DNA from: an uncultured Mycoplasmatota bacterium | GTDB lineage: Bacteria > Bacillota_I > Bacilli_A > RF39 > UBA660 | Direction: 5' to 3' | Length of the DNA stretch: 64,000 bases | Assembly: GCA_937944975.1 (NCBI GenBank) | Contig: CALEBF010000012.1 | Span: forward strand, 17,748 to 81,747 | In this document: in pieces, positions 9,381 to 20,287 of the stretch | Layout of the letters: each line of letters opens with the position of its first letter | Numbering within the stretch: the stretch's first letter is position 1 | The notes under the pieces: model-generated | What the model saw: the letters and a program-made list of their open reading frames with translations, nothing else | The model's database searches: none | What the model was told of the DNA's origin: nothing | Translations under genes and position numbers: made by a program

Positions 9381-10172
9381 ATGAAAATATGGTTAAAGAG
9401 AAACAAAATAGTGATAGGATATTTTATGATATGGTGTATTTTGTGCTGGATAGAAATCAATCAATTTAAACAAATGTCACCTGTATATCAAAATGTCGAT
9501 GTCTTTTCAGCATTTCAATATATTTATATGAATTCTAATTTATCCATGATGGTATTGTTTGGACCTCTCATCGTGATTACTCCAACATTATATCGACTTT
9601 ATTGTGATATGTCTGGAGGAATGTTACGTACTTATTTGACAAGGCAGAGTTATTTTGATTTCCTTAAAAAGAAGATAGTTGCAATGTTACCGTATACTTT
9701 GATGATTTCAATGAGTTATTTACTTTTATTTTTATTTTGCTCTTTTGCATTTCAATTCAATTTTGATGTAGCTTCAACTGCACTGATTGATTCTGCATTT
9801 GAAGCAGTTATGTATACAGAAAATTTACCTATCTTTATGTTTTTAGTATTTTTTATACCAATTTTATGTAGTGCTTTTTGGATTTTAATCGGGTTTATGT
9901 GTATTCGTTTTTCTAAGAATTATTTTGTATCGTTAGCACTTTCTTATATTGTCGTATATATTTATAACTTTTGTGAAAATATGCTAGTCACTTTATTTTC
10001 CATTCCCAACTTTCATTATTCATTTGATGTATTAGTTAGTATCCAAGAGTCTAATATAGAAGATTCTGTTGTTATGATTTTGTATTATTTTGTTGTCATC
10101 ATGGGGGCTATATTTATTACGTGGATATTTTATAGAGATAAAGAAAGATTGGTGATTGATAGTGAGGCATAA
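9381..10172 (+). CDS. polytopic membrane protein (putative ABC-2-type permease)
   Basis: Multiple hydrophobic segments. Upstream of an ABC ATPase and overlapping the next permease gene. Confidence 0.45.
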   Translation: MKIWLKRNKIVIGYFMIWCILCWIEINQFKQMSPVYQNVDVFSAFQYIYMNSNLSMMVLFGPLIVITPTLYRLYCDMSGGMLRTYLTRQSYFDFLKKKIVAMLPYTLMISMSYLLLFLFCSFAFQFNFDVASTALIDSAFEAVMYTENLPIFMFLVFFIPILCSAFWILIGFMCIRFSKNYFVSLALSYIVVYIYNFCENMLVTLFSIPNFHYSFDVLVSIQESNIEDSVVMILYYFVVIMGAIFITWIFYRDKERLVIDSEA

Positions 10173-10920
10173 ATTATATTTATGGAAAGAATTGTTGAAA
10201 TATGAATTAGAAGGAAGCAATTTTAAAGCGGTCATTTTAATGTCCGTTTGTATCAATTTGATTTTTGCAAATATCACGATGTTGCAGGATAACTTTTTTG
10301 CGCAAGTGATTGCTCCTTTTAGGGATTACACTTATGTAATTGCTATCTTGTTGTTACTATGCTTTAATACATTTTATACAGATCGAGCATTTGAGCAAAA
10401 CACAAGTATGATGATAAGATTAAAAAATAAAAAAGAAATGCTTCGAAAATTAGTGTTTCAAATAATTCTTTCTAATACTTTGGTTCTTTTGATCAATCAA
10501 GTAATTTCGGTTACTATTTTAAATTTCACATGCCATTTGCCATTAGATTTTGGATTCTATCATCATTATAATATAACAAATTTACAGTATGTCTTTTTCT
10601 ATTTATTACGTAGCTATATTTTGATAGAACTAATGTTATTATTCGTTTTTTTCATTTGGAAATTGTCTGGACATGTCGGCGCTATAAGTACCTTGATCAT
10701 TTATATTTTTTCAATTGCATTTTCACCTGTGATTGAAGGTGAACGCCTTGGAAATTTTTACAATATGAAATTTCACCCGACGCAGTATTTTTATCAAAAC
10801 TACTATCCTAATTTTTCTTCGGAATTGGTTTTTTCATTTATTTATATTGCAGGGATTGTCATGATTGTAATTGCCCTATACGAGATTACAAGTGTATATA
10901 TGAAAAAGATAGGAGAATAG
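10156..10920 (+). CDS. polytopic membrane protein (putative ABC-2-type permease)
   Basis: Hydrophobic throughout. Sits between a permease gene and the ABC ATPase. Confidence 0.45.
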   Translation: MIVRHKLYLWKELLKYELEGSNFKAVILMSVCINLIFANITMLQDNFFAQVIAPFRDYTYVIAILLLLCFNTFYTDRAFEQNTSMMIRLKNKKEMLRKLVFQIILSNTLVLLINQVISVTILNFTCHLPLDFGFYHHYNITNLQYVFFYLLRSYILIELMLLFVFFIWKLSGHVGAISTLIIYIFSIAFSPVIEGERLGNFYNMKFHPTQYFYQNYYPNFSSELVFSFIYIAGIVMIVIALYEITSVYMKKIGE

Positions 10921-10922
10921 AT

Positions 10923-11567
10923 ATGAAAATAGAAGTAAAACAAGTATCAAAAGAATTTAAAAAGCAAATGGTTTTAAAAGATATCAATGTAACGTTTGAA
11001 TCCGGGAACATCTACGGACTCATCGGAAGAAACGGTTCCGGGAAAAGTGTTTTTTTAAAATTATTATGCGCTTTATACCGCCCAACGAGTGGAGAGATTT
11101 TGTTCGATGGAGAAAATGTGATCAAGGAGAAAAAATTTCCACCTTCTACTGGTGCTCTGATCGAAAAGCCAAGTTTTATAGGAGATTTGACTGGGTTTGA
11201 AAATTTAAAATTGCTTGCATCGATTCAAAAGAAAATCGGGGAAGATGAGATCAATGCGATTTTAAAGAAAGTCGAGCTTTATGAAGAGAAAGATAAAAAG
11301 TATTCCAAGTATTCTCTAGGTATGAAACAAAAATTAGGAATTGCACAGACTTTGATGGAGGACCCAGAGATTATTATATTAGATGAACCTTTTAGCGGAG
11401 TAGAGGATGATACGGCAAGCTCGTTAAGAAATTTGTTGTTAGAAGAAAAAGAAAAAGGAAAATTGATTATTGTTGCAACCCATATGAAAGAAGATTTAGA
11501 AAAGTTAGCTACTGTAACGTATCGCTTTCAAAATGGACAGATGGTAAAACAAGAAAATCAATCGTAA
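10923..11567 (+). CDS. ABC transporter ATP-binding protein
   Basis: Walker A GRNGSGKS, signature-like LSLGMKQKLGIAQ, Walker B IIILDEPFSG. Confidence 0.85.
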   Translation: MKIEVKQVSKEFKKQMVLKDINVTFESGNIYGLIGRNGSGKSVFLKLLCALYRPTSGEILFDGENVIKEKKFPPSTGALIEKPSFIGDLTGFENLKLLASIQKKIGEDEINAILKKVELYEEKDKKYSKYSLGMKQKLGIAQTLMEDPEIIILDEPFSGVEDDTASSLRNLLLEEKEKGKLIIVATHMKEDLEKLATVTYRFQNGQMVKQENQS

Positions 11568-11605
11568 GATGGTTTTCTTTTTCATATATTGAAATAGGTG
11601 AGAAT

Positions 11606-11839
11606 ATGCGTTTATCTGATTTACAAAACAAAGATGTAATTAATGTGAACGATGGAAAGAAAATTGGAAATATTATCGATGTGATGATCGAAAATAGTAC
11701 AGGTCGTTTGGAAAGTTTGATCGTCGAAAAATCTAAGTTTTTAATTTCCATGTTTTCAAACAAGGATGAGATAGAAATTCATTGGGAACAAATAGAAAAA
11801 ATAGGAGAAGATGTAATTTTGGTAAAAATGATTTTTTAA
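11606..11839 (+). CDS. YlmC/YmxH-family sporulation protein (PRC barrel)
   Basis: 77 aa. Opens with MRLSDLQNKDVINVNDGKKIGNIIDV, typical of YlmC/YmxH. Confidence 0.7.
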   Translation: MRLSDLQNKDVINVNDGKKIGNIIDVMIENSTGRLESLIVEKSKFLISMFSNKDEIEIHWEQIEKIGEDVILVKMIF

Positions 11840-11880
11840 TAGGTTAAAATATGATATACTAAAAATAGGGGCGTGGTTGA

Positions 11881-12517
11881 TATGAAACTTGCAATTGTAA
11901 CAGTGATCATGGGAATGTTTTATCTACTTGTTTTAGGCCTTACAGGTCAGGAAGTATGGCTAAATACTTTAATTTCGACAGCACTTGACTTCATACAGAC
12001 ACCTATTTTAATAACTGTAATGAACGTAGTAAAATGGCTTGCGTCTTTTGAGTGTTTATTAATTGTCATGTTGCTTGCTACATTCTATCTGTATCGTAAA
12101 AAGAAAGAACAATCTCTAACTTATTTTCTATGCTTTGTCATCGCAGGGGGACTTGCTATGATTTTCTTGAAAGAATACTATGTTGTCGGGCATCCAGAAT
12201 TAAGTAAATTTTTACCCATTGCAGGACTTGGATACTTGAACATCGACGTGTTGTTTGGAACGTTCCTCTATGGAATGATATATGTATTGATGGATCAGGA
12301 AAATTCACTCGAACGGATGATAAAAAAAGTTTGTCTTGCTCTTATCATCGTCGTAGGAATTGCAAACTTCTATTTAAAAGTGAGCTACTTTAGCGATATT
12401 CTGCTCGGATATTTATTTGGCTTATTCTTGTGTTGGATCTTTGCGAAGGTGATCAAAAGGAACGTGACGAAATTGTCACTTGAAAACGATAGTACAAAAG
12501 ATAAAACTATGATATAA
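11881..12517 (+). CDS. integral membrane protein (possibly PAP2-like)
   Basis: About six TM segments. Weak PAP2-like C-terminal motif region. ATG at 11881. Confidence 0.35.
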
Positions 12518-12535
12518 TAAATTCTAGGTGATAAA

Positions 12536-13570
12536 ATGAAAGTGTTATTACATTCTGATAAACAAGAGCAAATAGCGAAAAGCGGTGTAGGGCGTGCGAT
12601 CGTTCACCAGCAGGAAGCATTGCGATTAAATGGTGTTGAGTATACATTAGATCCAAAAGATACAGATTATGATATCATTCATATCAATACGATTTTTCCG
12701 GAGTCTTATTTCATGGGGAAAAAGGCGAAAAAGATGGGAAAGAAGGTTATTTTTCATGCCCATTCGACAGAGGAAGACTTCCGTAATTCATATTTACTTA
12801 CGAATCAAGTTGCACCATTATTTAAAAAATGGTTGTGTAAACTCTATTCTTCAGCGGATCTTATCATTACGCCAACTCCTTATTCAAAGAGGCTTTTAGA
12901 TAATTATGGATTAGGAAAACCTATCATTGCGATTTCAAATGGGATCGATTTAGATTTTTATAAGCAAGATAAAAAGAAAGCGGAAAACTTTCGAAAGAAA
13001 TATGGTTTTTCCGATACGGATAAAATTATTATCTCTGTAGGTCTCTATATCGAACGAAAAGGTATTTTAGAGTTTGTCGAACTTGCAAAAAAAATGCCAG
13101 AGTACCAATTTATTTGGTTTGGTTATAGCAACTTGAATACAGTACCTTCTAAAATTAAAGAAGCAGTACAAACGAAATTAGATAATTTACATTTTCCCGG
13201 TTACGTTTCTAGGGAAGAATTGCGTGATGCTTATTTGGGATCAGATTTGTTTTTGTTTATGACACATGAAGAGACAGAGGGAATTGTCTTGTTGGAGGCT
13301 CTTGCTAGTAAGATTCCAACGTTGGTGCGAGACATTCCAATTTACGAAGGTTGGTTCGAAGATGGTAAGAACATCTATAAAGCATCTACACTTCCAGAAT
13401 TTGAAGAAAAGATTCATGGCATTTTGAACCATACATTAAAAGATGTTACGGAAGAGGGCTATAAAGTTGCCGAGGAAAGAGATATCAAATCGATTGGCGC
13501 TGAACTTAAAAAGGCGTACGAACGTGTATTAAATGAGCCGGAAAAAACAGAGTTAGAGGAGACAAAGTAG
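12536..13570 (+). CDS. family 4 glycosyltransferase (GT4)
   Basis: GT-B fold with EX7E-like motif EETEGIVLLEALASKIP. Confidence 0.75.
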   Translation: MKVLLHSDKQEQIAKSGVGRAIVHQQEALRLNGVEYTLDPKDTDYDIIHINTIFPESYFMGKKAKKMGKKVIFHAHSTEEDFRNSYLLTNQVAPLFKKWLCKLYSSADLIITPTPYSKRLLDNYGLGKPIIAISNGIDLDFYKQDKKKAENFRKKYGFSDTDKIIISVGLYIERKGILEFVELAKKMPEYQFIWFGYSNLNTVPSKIKEAVQTKLDNLHFPGYVSREELRDAYLGSDLFLFMTHEETEGIVLLEALASKIPTLVRDIPIYEGWFEDGKNIYKASTLPEFEEKIHGILNHTLKDVTEEGYKVAEERDIKSIGAELKKAYERVLNEPEKTELEETK

Positions 13571-13601
13571 AGTGATCTACTTTTTCTATATAGGGTGAGT
13601 T

Positions 13602-14615
13602 ATGCAGGAAAAAATAAATCGAGTATTATGGGTATTTATTCCTATCTTGCTTTTGGGAGTGATTGCTTTCGGGATGATACAAAGTGCTAAGATACGGTCA
13701 TATGGAATGTCTGGACATTATTTTGGACAAGATGTGAAAGTGACTTTGTATGAAAATGACGAAAAGAAAGCGAATCGTGCTTTAACGCAGATAGAAAAAA
13801 TTTTTGAAACTTATCAGAATCTTGCTCGTACCGATCGAAATGATCTTGATAGTTTATACAAAATCAATACGAATACTGAATCCGATGTGAAATTATCGAA
13901 AGAAATGAGTGAATTTTTAAGCTATGGAAAGCAGTGGGAAAAAAATTCCGGAGGGAGAATTCATCTTCAATTAAATGATTTGATAGAAACTTGGAAAACG
14001 CATTTTCAGGATGGAAGCTTGCCAGAAAAAGGAGAATTGGATACAGTTCAAATTCCAAGTGTAGATAGCATGACTGTAGATGACCAAACGCTCCATAAGT
14101 CAGAGAACCTGTTTTTAAATACTTTTCAATATGAAGTTGGGTACACATTAAAACAGGTGGATGCTTACTTGAAAGATCAGGGTATGACGAGATATATTAT
14201 ACAAGTAGGCAGTGATACTATGGTAGGAGATCACTACGGAGAAGATGGCTACAAAGTAGCGCTTGCTTCATCGAAAAACGGGAAGATCGAACGAATTTTA
14301 TCACTTACGAATCAAACGATGGTCACGAAAGGGGCTTATCATGAACAGGTGTTGTTGGAAGATGGTAAGACCTATGGTACGATTCTCGACCCCATAACGA
14401 AATACCCATTTGAAAAAATTAGAAGTGTTACGGTGTTTTCGAAAGATCCATTGCTTGCGGATACGCTTGCATCTATTTTATATCAAATGGATGTAGAAGA
14501 AGGGCGTGCATACATCAAAGATTATGATGATGTAGAAGCCATTTGGACGACTTTAGACGGAAAGGTAGAGACCACTTCTAAAATTGACGATTGGACAAAG
14601 GAGGAGAATGGATAA
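13602..14615 (+). CDS. apbE: FAD:protein FMN transferase (ApbE family)
   Basis: N-terminal TM anchor. ApbE-like segments (DLDSLYKINT; GTILDPITKYP resembling HIIDPRTGYP). Confidence 0.55.
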   Translation: MQEKINRVLWVFIPILLLGVIAFGMIQSAKIRSYGMSGHYFGQDVKVTLYENDEKKANRALTQIEKIFETYQNLARTDRNDLDSLYKINTNTESDVKLSKEMSEFLSYGKQWEKNSGGRIHLQLNDLIETWKTHFQDGSLPEKGELDTVQIPSVDSMTVDDQTLHKSENLFLNTFQYEVGYTLKQVDAYLKDQGMTRYIIQVGSDTMVGDHYGEDGYKVALASSKNGKIERILSLTNQTMVTKGAYHEQVLLEDGKTYGTILDPITKYPFEKIRSVTVFSKDPLLADTLASILYQMDVEEGRAYIKDYDDVEAIWTTLDGKVETTSKIDDWTKEENG

Positions 14616-14666
14616 TTCCTCTTTTGTTTTTTTAGAAAGAATGTTATAATATTACATGGTGAGGAA

Positions 14667-15188
14667 ATGAAAAAAATTACAATTCTAGCGTTTTGTTGTA
14701 TTGTATTAGATCAATTTGTAAAATGGATCGTTACTCATATGATAGAATTTATGGAACAAATATTTGTGATACCCAATTTCTTTTATCTTACGAACGTTCG
14801 AAACTATGGCGCTGCTTGGAGTATATTAGATGGGAATCGTGTGTTTTTTATTTTTATGGCGTTTTTCTGTCTTGCATTGATTTATTATTTCTTTATTTAT
14901 CAGCAAAAGCTAGCGAAAAGAGAAATTTTGGGCTATGGATTACTGATCGGTGGAATTATAGGAAATTTAATCGATCGCATGATACTAGGATATGTTGTAG
15001 ATTATATAGGATTGATTTTCTTTGGATATCACTATCCTGTATTCAATATCGCCGATGTGTGTATTGTCGGTTCAGTGATCATTATTTTTTATCATTTTTG
15101 GAAGGAGCGAAATTCAGATGGAACAGACAATTATCGTCAAAGAAGATCATCCGGAAAGAATCGATCACGACATGATGAGAGAGCTTAA
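14667..15188 (+). CDS. lspA: lipoprotein signal peptidase II
   Basis: NYGAAWS and FNIAD motifs. 3' end overlaps rluD by about 70 nt. Confidence 0.8.
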   Translation: MKKITILAFCCIVLDQFVKWIVTHMIEFMEQIFVIPNFFYLTNVRNYGAAWSILDGNRVFFIFMAFFCLALIYYFFIYQQKLAKREILGYGLLIGGIIGNLIDRMILGYVVDYIGLIFFGYHYPVFNIADVCIVGSVIIIFYHFWKERNSDGTDNYRQRRSSGKNRSRHDERA

Positions 15189-16020
15189 TCTTTCTCGTAG
15201 TGTCGTTCAAAAGATGATTCAAACGAATAAAATTTTAGTGAATCAAAAACCTATTAAAAATAGTTATCGTCTCAAAAAAGGAGACGTTGTCACCGTAGAG
15301 GAATACGTTCCTGAAGAAATGAAGGCGGAACCTGAAAAGATGGATTTAGATATCGTATATGAAGATGACGATGTTATCGTCGTTAATAAACCGAATGGTA
15401 TGGTTGTGCATCCTGCAGTTGGAAATTCACATGGAACGCTCGTAAATGGACTTTTATATCATTCGAAGGAATTGAGTGATGTCAATGGAGAATTTCGTCC
15501 AGGAATCGTCCATCGAATCGATGCAGATACGACAGGGCTATTAATGGTGGCAAAAAACAATCGTGCGCACGAAGCACTTGCACGTCAACTAGAAGAGAAA
15601 ACGACATATCGAAAATACATTGCTCTTGTGTGGGGAGTGATTCCTCACGATACGGGAGAAATCGATGCACCAATTGGACGCGACATAAAGGATCGGAAGA
15701 AAATGGCAGTGACCGCTACAAATAGTAAAGATGCAGTTACGCATTTTAAAGTGTTAAAGCGATATCAAGATGCGACTCTCGTCGAATTACAATTAGAGAC
15801 AGGAAGAACACATCAAATTCGTGTGCATATGAATTATATAGGTCATCCTGTTGTCAACGATCCAGTGTATGGCAAAAGAAAGAAATTTGATGATAGCGGG
15901 CAATGTTTACATGCGGCAGCGCTTGGGTTTCGACATCCGAAAACAGGAGAATATATGGAATTCGAATCAGAACTTCCAGAGTGTTTTACAAATATTTTGA
16001 AGCATTTTGAAGAAAGTTAA
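15118..16020 (+). CDS. rluD: RluA-family 23S rRNA pseudouridine synthase (RluD-like)
   Basis: S4-like N-terminus and catalytic HRIDADTTGLLMVAKN. lspA-rluD linkage is conserved in Firmicutes. Confidence 0.85.
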   Translation: MEQTIIVKEDHPERIDHDMMRELNLSRSVVQKMIQTNKILVNQKPIKNSYRLKKGDVVTVEEYVPEEMKAEPEKMDLDIVYEDDDVIVVNKPNGMVVHPAVGNSHGTLVNGLLYHSKELSDVNGEFRPGIVHRIDADTTGLLMVAKNNRAHEALARQLEEKTTYRKYIALVWGVIPHDTGEIDAPIGRDIKDRKKMAVTATNSKDAVTHFKVLKRYQDATLVELQLETGRTHQIRVHMNYIGHPVVNDPVYGKRKKFDDSGQCLHAAALGFRHPKTGEYMEFESELPECFTNILKHFEES

Positions 16021-16034
16021 AGGAGGTGCTTTCA

Positions 16035-17194
16035 TGGGAGAGGTAACAGTAGAAAAAAATGACGAACTCGTCATGAAATTGCTACATTATTTTATTACAG
16101 AACAAGGATACAATCCGATCGTTCTCCATGGAGCGAAGAATGAAATTTGGTTAGAAAATATCGATGCTAGCTACGGAATTGTTCGAATCAATACCGGATA
16201 TATTCACAACAAAGAACAGTTAGATTTCGATTTGTTTAAAACGAAAAGTATTTTGGGAAAGATCAAAAAGAAAATGATGACGATGCATATGAATGTACTT
16301 TCTTTCTACTTAAACATGGGAGAAAATGTATCGTTTGAAAATGGAGAAAACAGCATTGCCAACGTTACTTGTATCCAACTTACGAAGATTGATGATTTAA
16401 ATGAACATCCTCTTTTGCTAGAGGCTTTTCCTAATATTACTAAGAAAACAACTTATGCGGAAAAAGGAATGGATTTATTTATTAAATTAACGCGTGAAAT
16501 CAATAAAAAGAGTGAGGAAGATGCGATGAGGGCAGAACAAGTCTTTCGCATGAAAAAGCCAGTCATTACTTATCTTTTAATTGCGATTAACATGTTTGTG
16601 TTCATATGTATGTATCTTTTTGGAAATGGTAGCCAAGATCCATTTACATTATTAAGCTTTGGAGCAAATTATGGAGATTTAGTAAGAGCAGGGGAGTATT
16701 ACCGCTTGTTTACTTGTGCCTTTTTACATATCGGTGTTCTACATTTATTTGTTAATATGTATTCTTTATATGTCATCGGTCCACAACTCGAAAGTTTTTT
16801 AGGAAAAACAAAATTCTTAATTGTTTATCTGTTTAGTGCCTTATCGGGAAGCTTATTATCTATTTGCTTTACAGATGGTGTTAGTGCTGGTGCGAGTGGA
16901 GCGCTCTTTGGTCTTTTAGGATCTTTACTATATTTCGGATATCACTATCGTATTTATTTAGGAAGCGTTATGAAATCTCAAATTATTCCTATTATTATTT
17001 TAAACTTAATGATGGGATTCTTCATTGGTGGAGTCGATAATGCAGCTCATATCGGTGGTTTGATTGGTGGAGCACTTATTACAATGGCTCTAGGTGTAAA
17101 ATATAAGTCAACTCTGTTTGAGAAGATCAATGGTTGGATTTTGACGGCAATTTTTCTTGGTTTTATGATTTATATTGGGTTTGTAGGATTATAA
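16035..17194 (+). CDS. rhomboid-family intramembrane serine protease with N-terminal cytoplasmic domain
   Basis: GASGALFGLLG (active-site Ser) and AHIGG (His) in the C-terminal TM core. ATG at 16035 after AGGAGGTG. Confidence 0.75.
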
Positions 17195-17226
17195 AAAAGA
17201 GAATCGTTTGTGATTCTCTTTTTTAT
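17195..17226. terminator. bidirectional terminator between rhomboid gene and lexA
   Basis: AGAGAATC-gtttgt-GATTCTCT flanked by A-run and T-run. Confidence 0.65.
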
Positions 17227-17840
17227 AATTTTCTATATAGTCCTATCGCTTTTCCTAGGATAGTAACTTGATCCAGAATAATTGGATCCATCGTATCGTT
17301 TTCAGGTTGTAATCGAAAGTATCCATCTTCTTTATAGAAACGTTTTAAAGTTACTTCGTTTTCTGCTGTCATTGCTGCGACGATTTCACCGTTACGTGCT
17401 GTATTTGTTTTTTCAATTACGATGATATCTCCATCGAAGATTCCGGCATTGATCATACTTTCTCCACTGACATTGAGAGTGAATACTTCTTTGTTATTTG
17501 GAATCATATAGGCAGGAAGAGAAAAATATTCGTCAGGATGTTCAATCGCTTCGATTGGGCTTCCTGCTGTAATTTTTCCAAGTAGAGGAACTTCTACTAC
17601 CATGTCGTCTTTTGGAGCAAATTCGTTATCTACTAATAATTCGATTGCTCTATTTTTCGTTTCTTCCTTTTTGATCATTCCCTTATTTTCCAAGTTTTGT
17701 AAGTGCACATGTACTGTTGCAGGGGACGAAACACCAATCGCAGCACATATTTCTCTGACCGTTGGTGGGTATCCGTTGCTTACGACGTATTCTTTAATAT
17801 AGGTTAAAATTTCGTCTTGTCTCTTTGTTAATCCTTTCAT
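17223..17840 (-). CDS. lexA: LexA repressor
   Basis: Winged-helix N-terminus, then the S24 peptidase domain with cleavage-site AG and Ser/Lys dyad region. Confidence 0.9.
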   Translation of the reverse strand: MKGLTKRQDEILTYIKEYVVSNGYPPTVREICAAIGVSSPATVHVHLQNLENKGMIKKEETKNRAIELLVDNEFAPKDDMVVEVPLLGKITAGSPIEAIEHPDEYFSLPAYMIPNNKEVFTLNVSGESMINAGIFDGDIIVIEKTNTARNGEIVAAMTAENEVTLKRFYKEDGYFRLQPENDTMDPIILDQVTILGKAIGLYRKL

Positions 17841-17904
17841 AGCAACCTCCTTTTATATTTACAATATAACATATTTCAACACATAAGTCAAACAATTGTT
17901 TGCG

Positions 17905-17991
17905 TGAACAGATGTTCCTGTTTCAGAATGATAGAAAAAACGTAAACACGAACAATTGTTCACAAAAACCATTGACACGAACAACTGTTCG
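17905..17991. promoter_or_regulatory. three LexA (Cheo/SOS) boxes in the lexA / small-ORF divergent intergenic region
   Basis: TGAACAGATGTTCC (17905-17918), CGAACAATTGTTCA (17949-17962), CGAACAACTGTTCG (17978-17991, perfect CGAACnnnnGTTCG). TTGACA at 17972 and TAAGAT at 17995 (17-nt spacer) form a rightward promoter overlapped by the third box. Confidence 0.75.
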
Positions 17992-18026
17992 TAGTAAGAT
18001 AGAAGTACGAAAGAGAGGTAGTAAAG

Positions 18027-18173
18027 ATGAAAGAAATGTTAAAGAGTAAAATCATGGTAGGATTTGTTGCCTTTATCTTAGGAATTACTTATATGAATGG
18101 AGTACAAACAAGAAAGATGGAGGATACGACGAAACAAACACAAGATAGCTATATCGCTATGAATTTAAAATAA
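18027..18173 (+). CDS. small SOS-regulated membrane protein (48 aa), positional analogue of YneA
   Basis: GAGAGGT RBS then ATG. One predicted TM helix (IMVGFVAFILGITYM). Divergent from lexA with LexA boxes in its promoter. Below the 60-aa cutoff of the ORF track. Confidence 0.45.
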   Translation: MKEMLKSKIMVGFVAFILGITYMNGVQTRKMEDTTKQTQDSYIAMNLK

Positions 18174-18239
18174 AACTTTATTCTTGTCTGGAAGTTTGCT
18201 ATAATAAAAAGAGAGTAAAAAAATAGAAAGGGTAGACAT

Positions 18240-20225
18240 ATGGACAAGGATATCATTAGTAATATAAAGTCGTTAGGAATTGATATGATTCATCAAGCAG
18301 GAAGCGGTCATCCAGGAATTGTTCTTGGAGCTGCTCCTATTATATATACGTTGTTTGCATATCATTTGAATATTAATGTAAATGATCCTCATTGGATCAA
18401 TCGAGATCGTTTTGTGATGAGTGCTGGACACGGATCTGCGCTTCTCTATGCGACGATGCTTATGGCAGGTTATCCACTTACGATCGATGATTTAAAGTCT
18501 TTTCGAAAGATTCATTCTAAAACACCAGGACACCCTGAATATGGGTTGACATCGGGAGTTGAGATGTCTACGGGACCATTAGGGCAAGGAATCGCGAGTG
18601 CGGTTGGAATGGCATTAGGTGGAAAGATTTTAGAAACTCGTTATCAGTTGCATCCGCTTGCAAAGAAAAAAGAGAAACGAAAGATGTTGGATCATAGAGT
18701 ATATGTTTTATGTGGCGATGGAGATTTAATGGAAGGGGTCAGCTATGAAGCTTGTTCTTTCGCCGGAAGTCACAATCTGGATAATTTAATCGTCTTATAT
18801 GATTCCAACAGGGTTAGCTTAGATGGTGGAACGGAACATACTTTCACTGAGAACACAAGAGAACGTTTTCATGCGATGGGATGGCATACAGAATTTGTAA
18901 AAGACGGAGAAGATGTTCGTGAAATTAATCGTGCAATCGAAAAAGCAAAAGAATCTGGGAAACCGTCCTTTATAGAAGTTCGAACTGTGATAGGTCGAGG
19001 ATCTTTGGCAGAGGGAACAAATAAAGTTCATGGGAAACCATTATCCAATGAAGATATCGCTCAGTGGAAAGCGAGTTTAAATTTAACGAATGAGGAGTTT
19101 AGTTATTCTAGTGCGTTGCAGACAGAATTTCAGAGATTGATCGTTGCACATAGTCGTGCAAAATACGATGAATGGGCTAGTGAGTATCGTGAATTCACTG
19201 CCGATAAAGCGCTAGAAAAAGATGACGAATTTAATTTTATTTTTGGAAAGCAAATTTCAGTTGATTTACTGAAATATGAATGGGATTTTCGTTCTATTGA
19301 AGCTGAACCACTACGCAACACAAACCAAACGATCATGACAGATATCGCAAAGTTGGTTCCTAATTTTATCGGTGGAAGCGCTGATCTCGCTTCATCGACA
19401 AACGCCTATTTGTTAGGGCAAAAAGATGTGAGTAAGAAGGATTACAATGGAAGAAACATTTGGTTTGGAGTTCGCGAACACGGGATGGCTGCTATTTTAA
19501 ATGGGCTTGCGCTTTCTAATTTTAGACCATTTGGATCTACTTTCTTGACATTTGCCGACTATTTAAAACCAGCGATGAGAATGTCAGCGTTAATGGAGCT
19601 CCCAGTTACTTATGTATTTACGCATGATTCTATTGAGATTGGTAGCGATGGTCCTACACATCAACCAGTAGAGCAACTTGCAATGTTGCGTTCTATACCA
19701 AATATGACAGTATTCCGTCCAGCGGATGCTAGAGAAATTGTCGGTGCTTGGAACTATATTTTAAATCAAAATATGCCTGTTTCTTTGGTGATTTCAAAAA
19801 CAGCTGTTCCTGTTCTTGCTACGACGAATGCTTCAAACGTAGCAAGAGGAGCTTATATTGTAAGAAAAGAAACAGATAAATTAAATGGAATTATCATAGC
19901 GACAGGAACGGAAGTTCATACTGCTATGAAAGTGGCAGAACGCCTCACACAAGAGAAGATCGACTGTCGTGTTGTAAGTATGCCGAGCAGGGAACTTTTC
20001 TTACGTCAAGAGAAAGAATATCAAGAAGAAGTATTGCCAATTGGATATAAAAAGGTAGTGATCGAGGCAGGATCATCGTTCGGATGGCATCAGTTTGTCT
20101 ATAATGAAAGATATTTGATCACTGTGAATGAATTTGGTGCGAGTGGTTCGCCGCAAGATGTTTTAAAAGAAAAAGGATTTGACGAGGAAACAATTTATGG
20201 AAGAGTTCGAAAACTATTACGTTAG
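18240..20225 (+). CDS. tkt: transketolase
   Basis: GSGHPG TPP-binding motif and GDGDLMEG. 661 aa. Confidence 0.9.
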   Translation: MDKDIISNIKSLGIDMIHQAGSGHPGIVLGAAPIIYTLFAYHLNINVNDPHWINRDRFVMSAGHGSALLYATMLMAGYPLTIDDLKSFRKIHSKTPGHPEYGLTSGVEMSTGPLGQGIASAVGMALGGKILETRYQLHPLAKKKEKRKMLDHRVYVLCGDGDLMEGVSYEACSFAGSHNLDNLIVLYDSNRVSLDGGTEHTFTENTRERFHAMGWHTEFVKDGEDVREINRAIEKAKESGKPSFIEVRTVIGRGSLAEGTNKVHGKPLSNEDIAQWKASLNLTNEEFSYSSALQTEFQRLIVAHSRAKYDEWASEYREFTADKALEKDDEFNFIFGKQISVDLLKYEWDFRSIEAEPLRNTNQTIMTDIAKLVPNFIGGSADLASSTNAYLLGQKDVSKKDYNGRNIWFGVREHGMAAILNGLALSNFRPFGSTFLTFADYLKPAMRMSALMELPVTYVFTHDSIEIGSDGPTHQPVEQLAMLRSIPNMTVFRPADAREIVGAWNYILNQNMPVSLVISKTAVPVLATTNASNVARGAYIVRKETDKLNGIIIATGTEVHTAMKVAERLTQEKIDCRVVSMPSRELFLRQEKEYQEEVLPIGYKKVVIEAGSSFGWHQFVYNERYLITVNEFGASGSPQDVLKEKGFDEETIYGRVRKLLR

Positions 20226-20287
20226 GCGAACTCTTTTTTTCGACAAAATATTTCTTTTTCTTATGGTTTAATAAAATAGGTGATAGA

